Source of the DNA: Candidatus Bathyarchaeota archaeon
GTDB lineage: Archaea; Thermoproteota; Bathyarchaeia; Bathyarchaeales; Bathycorpusculaceae
NCBI GenBank assembly: GCA_963767735.1
Contig: CAVYES010000006.1
Coordinates: 1-64,000 of the forward strand
Reading direction: 5' to 3'
Length of the DNA: 64,000 bases
The notes beneath the pieces are model-generated. The model did no database searches and was not told the DNA's origin. It saw only the letters and a program-made list of their open reading frames with translations. Below, piece by piece: positions 60,771-64,000 of this stretch (the first letter of the stretch is position 1; each line of letters begins with the position of its first letter). A program made the translations under genes and the position numbers.

Positions 60771-60988
60771 TGAGCAAAGAAGCAGCAGAAGAGCTTATTC
60801 CATCAGAAGTTATCCAAGTCATAGGCCGTACAGGTGTGACTGGCGAAATTACGCAGGTTCGAGTCCGCATCATGGAAGGAAAAGATAAGGGCAGAATCAT
60901 AACACGCAACGTTAAAGGACCAATCCGCGTTCAAGATATTCTTATGCTGCGAGAAACAGAAAGAGAAGCAAAGAAAATTACAAGATAA
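60770..60988 (+). CDS. rps28e: 30S ribosomal protein S28e
   Basis: [20 protein letters not shown]. Confidence 0.97.
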   Translation: MSKEAAEELIPSEVIQVIGRTGVTGEITQVRVRIMEGKDKGRIITRNVKGPIRVQDILMLRETEREAKKITR

Positions 60989-61004
60989 CTGAGGAGAAAT
61001 TGTC

Positions 61005-61202
61005 ATGCCAAAATCAAGAAAATGTTCATTCTGCGGTGCTGATTTCCCAGCTGGTACAGGCATGATGTTCGTTAAAAACGATGGATCGATTTTATGGTAC
61101 GATTCTGGCAAATGCAAGAAAAGTTCATTGCAATTCAAACGAGACGCACGTAAACTAAAGTGGACCAAGTACTTCGGTAAAGAAGAGAAAGGCAAAGGTT
61201 AA
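61005..61202 (+). CDS. rpl24e: 50S ribosomal protein L24e
   Basis: CSFCG, GTGMMFV.NDG, RKLKWT. Confidence 0.95.
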   Translation: MPKSRKCSFCGADFPAGTGMMFVKNDGSILWYDSGKCKKSSLQFKRDARKLKWTKYFGKEEKGKG

Positions 61203-61315
61203 ACCACAAGTCTTTTCAGTTCCAACCATTTTTTCATTTTTTAGTAATTTTGTTATTCGATTTTTTACTGAAAGCTTATCTTTCGGCGGTTTTAATCATA
61301 AATTTAGGTGCCAAC

Positions 61316-61624
61316 TTGCCCCTTTTCCGTACAAAAAAAGAAGCGTTCGAATGGTTAACGTCAAGCAAAAAAACTATTGATGTCAGAAAGGGCAATCCAC
61401 ACCGCGGTGAGGTTGCTGTTTATCTTTCAGGGCGAAAGGTTCTACGGATGAGGATTATTAAGAGAGAAACGGGAAGACTAGGCGAAGTTGTGCGGCCTGA
61501 TAATTACGTGCTGGTTATTCCTTCCGCTGTGGTTATTGATGATGCTCTGGCTTACCTGCGGGCGCTTTACGATGGATATGATGGCGATTTTACCGCTTAT
61601 TATATTGTGCCGTTAGAGAGTTAA
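61316..61624 (+). CDS. ASCH/PUA-like domain protein
   Basis: FEWL...KKTIDVR motif; AGGTG RBS before a TTG start. Confidence 0.6.
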   Translation: MPLFRTKKEAFEWLTSSKKTIDVRKGNPHRGEVAVYLSGRKVLRMRIIKRETGRLGEVVRPDNYVLVIPSAVVIDDALAYLRALYDGYDGDFTAYYIVPLES

Positions 61625-61783
61625 GCTTTTTTGTCCATTTTATATTTGCGATTATGCTAAAATAAATGATTAAACTAAATTATTATTGTAAATATATTCC
61701 GTTTTTAGTAGAAAAAATAACTAAAACGTAACGCTTAAATATGCTACTGATGCTTTGTTCATATCCATAATGAGGAATTAAAA

Positions 61784-62821
61784 ATGGTAAAATTTAGTGG
61801 CTGTTACACTGCGCTAATAACCCCCATGACTCGTGATCGCCAAGTCGATTACGAAGGCTTGCGTCAACTGGTAGCTTTCCAAATAAAAGAAGGTGTAAAA
61901 GGTATACTCGCCGTCGGCACTACCGGAGAAAGCCCCACCTTAGACTGGAGTGAACACAACAAGGTTATTGAAAAAACCCACGAATATGCAGGCGCAGAAG
62001 TTTTAACTATCGCTGGAACAGGAAGCAACTCAACGCAGGAAGCCATCGAAGGCACAGAGCACGCCCAGCGCACAGGCATAAAATGTGTTCTGCTTGTAGA
62101 CCCATACTACAATGGGCCAAGCTCGATGGAAATACGTAGAGAATACATTGAGCCAATCGCACGGCAGTTTCCTGAAGTTCAAGTAATTCCATACATTATT
62201 CCAGGCAGGACAGGAACCCAACTTTACCCGCAAGACCTCGCTTTACTTCACAAGCAATACCCAAATGTCAGCTGTGTAAAGGAAGCCACTGGCGACTTGA
62301 AAAACATGGAGTTAACCCGCCAATTCTGCGGTGAAGACTTTGATATTCTCTCAGGAGACGATGACAAAACCTATACTATGATGATTTCGCCCGACATAAG
62401 AGCAAGCGGCGTAATATCTGTAATCTCTAATGTAGCTCCGAGTGCTGTTGTTGATATGGTGCACTATATTCTGGATGGCAACGAAGAGGCGGCAAGCGTA
62501 ATCGCCCAAGCACTGCAACCGCTCTTTAGCATAGTTACCGTTAAAACACAAGAACAAACCTTATACGGCGAGGTTGCATGCAAAGCTCGCAACCCTCTCG
62601 CCTACAAGACGCTAATGAACGTTTTAGGCATGCCATCAGGCCCTTGCAGACAACCATTAGGTAAAATGACTCGCAACGGCTTAGAAGTAGTGCTCACAAA
62701 CGCCAGAAAAGTGTACGAGAACACCTCTGAAATCCTTCAGCCCATTGAAGACTACTTCAACGTCGACTTGAAAGAGCGATTGTATAATGAGAAGTACTTA
62801 GAGGGGCTTTTCTATGCTTAA
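61784..62821 (+). CDS. dapA: 4-hydroxy-tetrahydrodipicolinate synthase
   Basis: TALITP, GTTGESPTL, PYYN, KEATG, SGDD. Confidence 0.93.
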   Translation: MVKFSGCYTALITPMTRDRQVDYEGLRQLVAFQIKEGVKGILAVGTTGESPTLDWSEHNKVIEKTHEYAGAEVLTIAGTGSNSTQEAIEGTEHAQRTGIKCVLLVDPYYNGPSSMEIRREYIEPIARQFPEVQVIPYIIPGRTGTQLYPQDLALLHKQYPNVSCVKEATGDLKNMELTRQFCGEDFDILSGDDDKTYTMMISPDIRASGVISVISNVAPSAVVDMVHYILDGNEEAASVIAQALQPLFSIVTVKTQEQTLYGEVACKARNPLAYKTLMNVLGMPSGPCRQPLGKMTRNGLEVVLTNARKVYENTSEILQPIEDYFNVDLKERLYNEKYLEGLFYA

Positions 62822-63608
62822 GTTATGTGTGGCAGGCGCCGCAGGCAGAATGGGCAACGCTATCATCAACGAAGCTACCTCAAAAGGGCATCAAATAGCT
62901 GGCGCAGTCGAGGCTCCAAATAATCCCTGCATAGGCAAAACCTTGCGGGAACTTGGCGTTTCCAATTCCGATACAAAAATTCAAAGTTCCGACCGATTGA
63001 GTGAAGCATTACGTGATGCTGACGTTTACGTTAGTTTCACGATGCCCGCTGCTGAAGTGATTAATATACCTATAGTCGTTAACCTTGGAAAACGCATAAT
63101 CCTTGGCACCACAGGTTTTACTCCAGAGCAAAACCGTCGAGTAGTTAACGCCATGTCAGGCAAAGTTCCAGCCGTGTTCTCGCCAAACTATTCAGTAGGC
63201 GTCAACATACTGTTCAAGATAGCTGAAGGTTTGAAGGCTTTTCCATCAGGATATGATTTCAGCATAAACGAAATCCATCATACCGGGAAAAAGGATGCTC
63301 CAAGCGGGACAGCAAAGAAGCTAGGCGAAATCATCGCTAACACGCGCGGCTACACAAAAGTAGTTTCGGGAAGAGAAGGCATAAGCCCAAGGCAGCCTGG
63401 TGAACTTGAAATCACAGCTCTGCGAGCAGGAGGAGTTCCAGGAATCCACGACCTAATCGTTGCAGGACCATATGAGATGTTGCGCATAGAGCACACAGCG
63501 TTCTCCCGTAACGTTTTTGCTCAAGGTGCTGTTTACTCAGCTGAATGGTTAAGTAAACAAAATGAGCTTAAAGTGTTTAGTATGGCTGACGTCTTAGGCT
63601 TATCTTAA
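62814..63608 (+). CDS. dapB: 4-hydroxy-tetrahydrodipicolinate reductase
   Basis: GAAGRMG, GTTG, PNYS.G, EIHH..KKDAPSGTA. Confidence 0.95.
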   Translation: MLKLCVAGAAGRMGNAIINEATSKGHQIAGAVEAPNNPCIGKTLRELGVSNSDTKIQSSDRLSEALRDADVYVSFTMPAAEVINIPIVVNLGKRIILGTTGFTPEQNRRVVNAMSGKVPAVFSPNYSVGVNILFKIAEGLKAFPSGYDFSINEIHHTGKKDAPSGTAKKLGEIIANTRGYTKVVSGREGISPRQPGELEITALRAGGVPGIHDLIVAGPYEMLRIEHTAFSRNVFAQGAVYSAEWLSKQNELKVFSMADVLGLS

Positions 63609-63675
63609 CAGAAAAATCAACCATTAACTTTTTTATCAAGGAAAAACAACTCAGAAGCAAAAGGAAGAACCAATA

Positions 63676-64000
63676 ATGTCGATGAAGCGTAAAGTCGCCA
63701 TATTAGGCGCAACCGGAGCCGTTGGACAACGGTACATTCAATTACTGCAGGGGCACCCGTGGTTCCAAATTGAGGTGCTTGCTGCTTCAGAGCGGTCAGC
63801 AGGCAAAAATTACGGGGATGCTTGCAATTGGGTTATGGAGTCAAACTTGCCCAGAGAAATTGCTGAAATGCCCGTAGCCAACGCTGATGTGGAGTCAGTG
63901 GAGAAGGCAGGCGAGGTGGATTTGGTGTTTTCGTCTCTTCCAGGCGACTTGGCTGGTCCAGTTGAGTCTGAGTTTGCGGCGCTTTTTCCGGTTTTCAGTA
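63676..64000 (+). CDS. asd: Aspartate-semialdehyde dehydrogenase, 5' part (runs off the window)
   Basis: MSMKRKVAILGATGAVGQRYIQLLQGHPWF..LAASERSAGK, FSSLP. Confidence 0.93.
   Translation, partial: MSMKRKVAILGATGAVGQRYIQLLQGHPWFQIEVLAASERSAGKNYGDACNWVMESNLPREIAEMPVANADVESVEKAGEVDLVFSSLPGDLAGPVESEFAALFPVFS

Noticed and set aside
1-64000. CRISPR array, rRNA, SRP or RNase P RNA, IS elements
   Set aside because: No regularly spaced repeats, long GC-rich structured RNA or transposase motifs were seen.

Overview
Archaeal chromosome segment, most likely Bathyarchaeia or another TACK lineage. This is inferred from the co-occurrence of rps25e, rps26e, a histone, two Alba paralogs, cofD, trpB2 and tes. 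The left end (1-4649) is the right part of a tRNA-integrated element. It holds a decayed radA with a long acidic N-terminus, a divergent pair of ribbon-helix-helix genes around a perfect 18-bp operator, three small genes, an intact tyrosine integrase, and an att region with two or three different tRNA-3'-end-like motifs and a hairpin. The rest is mostly housekeeping (translation, transcription, thermosome, Hel308, purB, pyrC, sucCD, dapAB-asd, tes, trpY/trpB2). It also contains a surface-glycan island (about 28.3-42.3 kb) and an unusual iscS-iscU-sufS-orphan operon. Several unannotated small ORFs and structured intergenic elements were found by reading the sequence. Multiple single-base indels, often in homopolymers and some in essential genes, point to sequencing or assembly errors, so split genes are joined here. 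No CRISPR array, rRNA or intact tRNA was seen. All family assignments come from motif recognition by eye; no database search was run.
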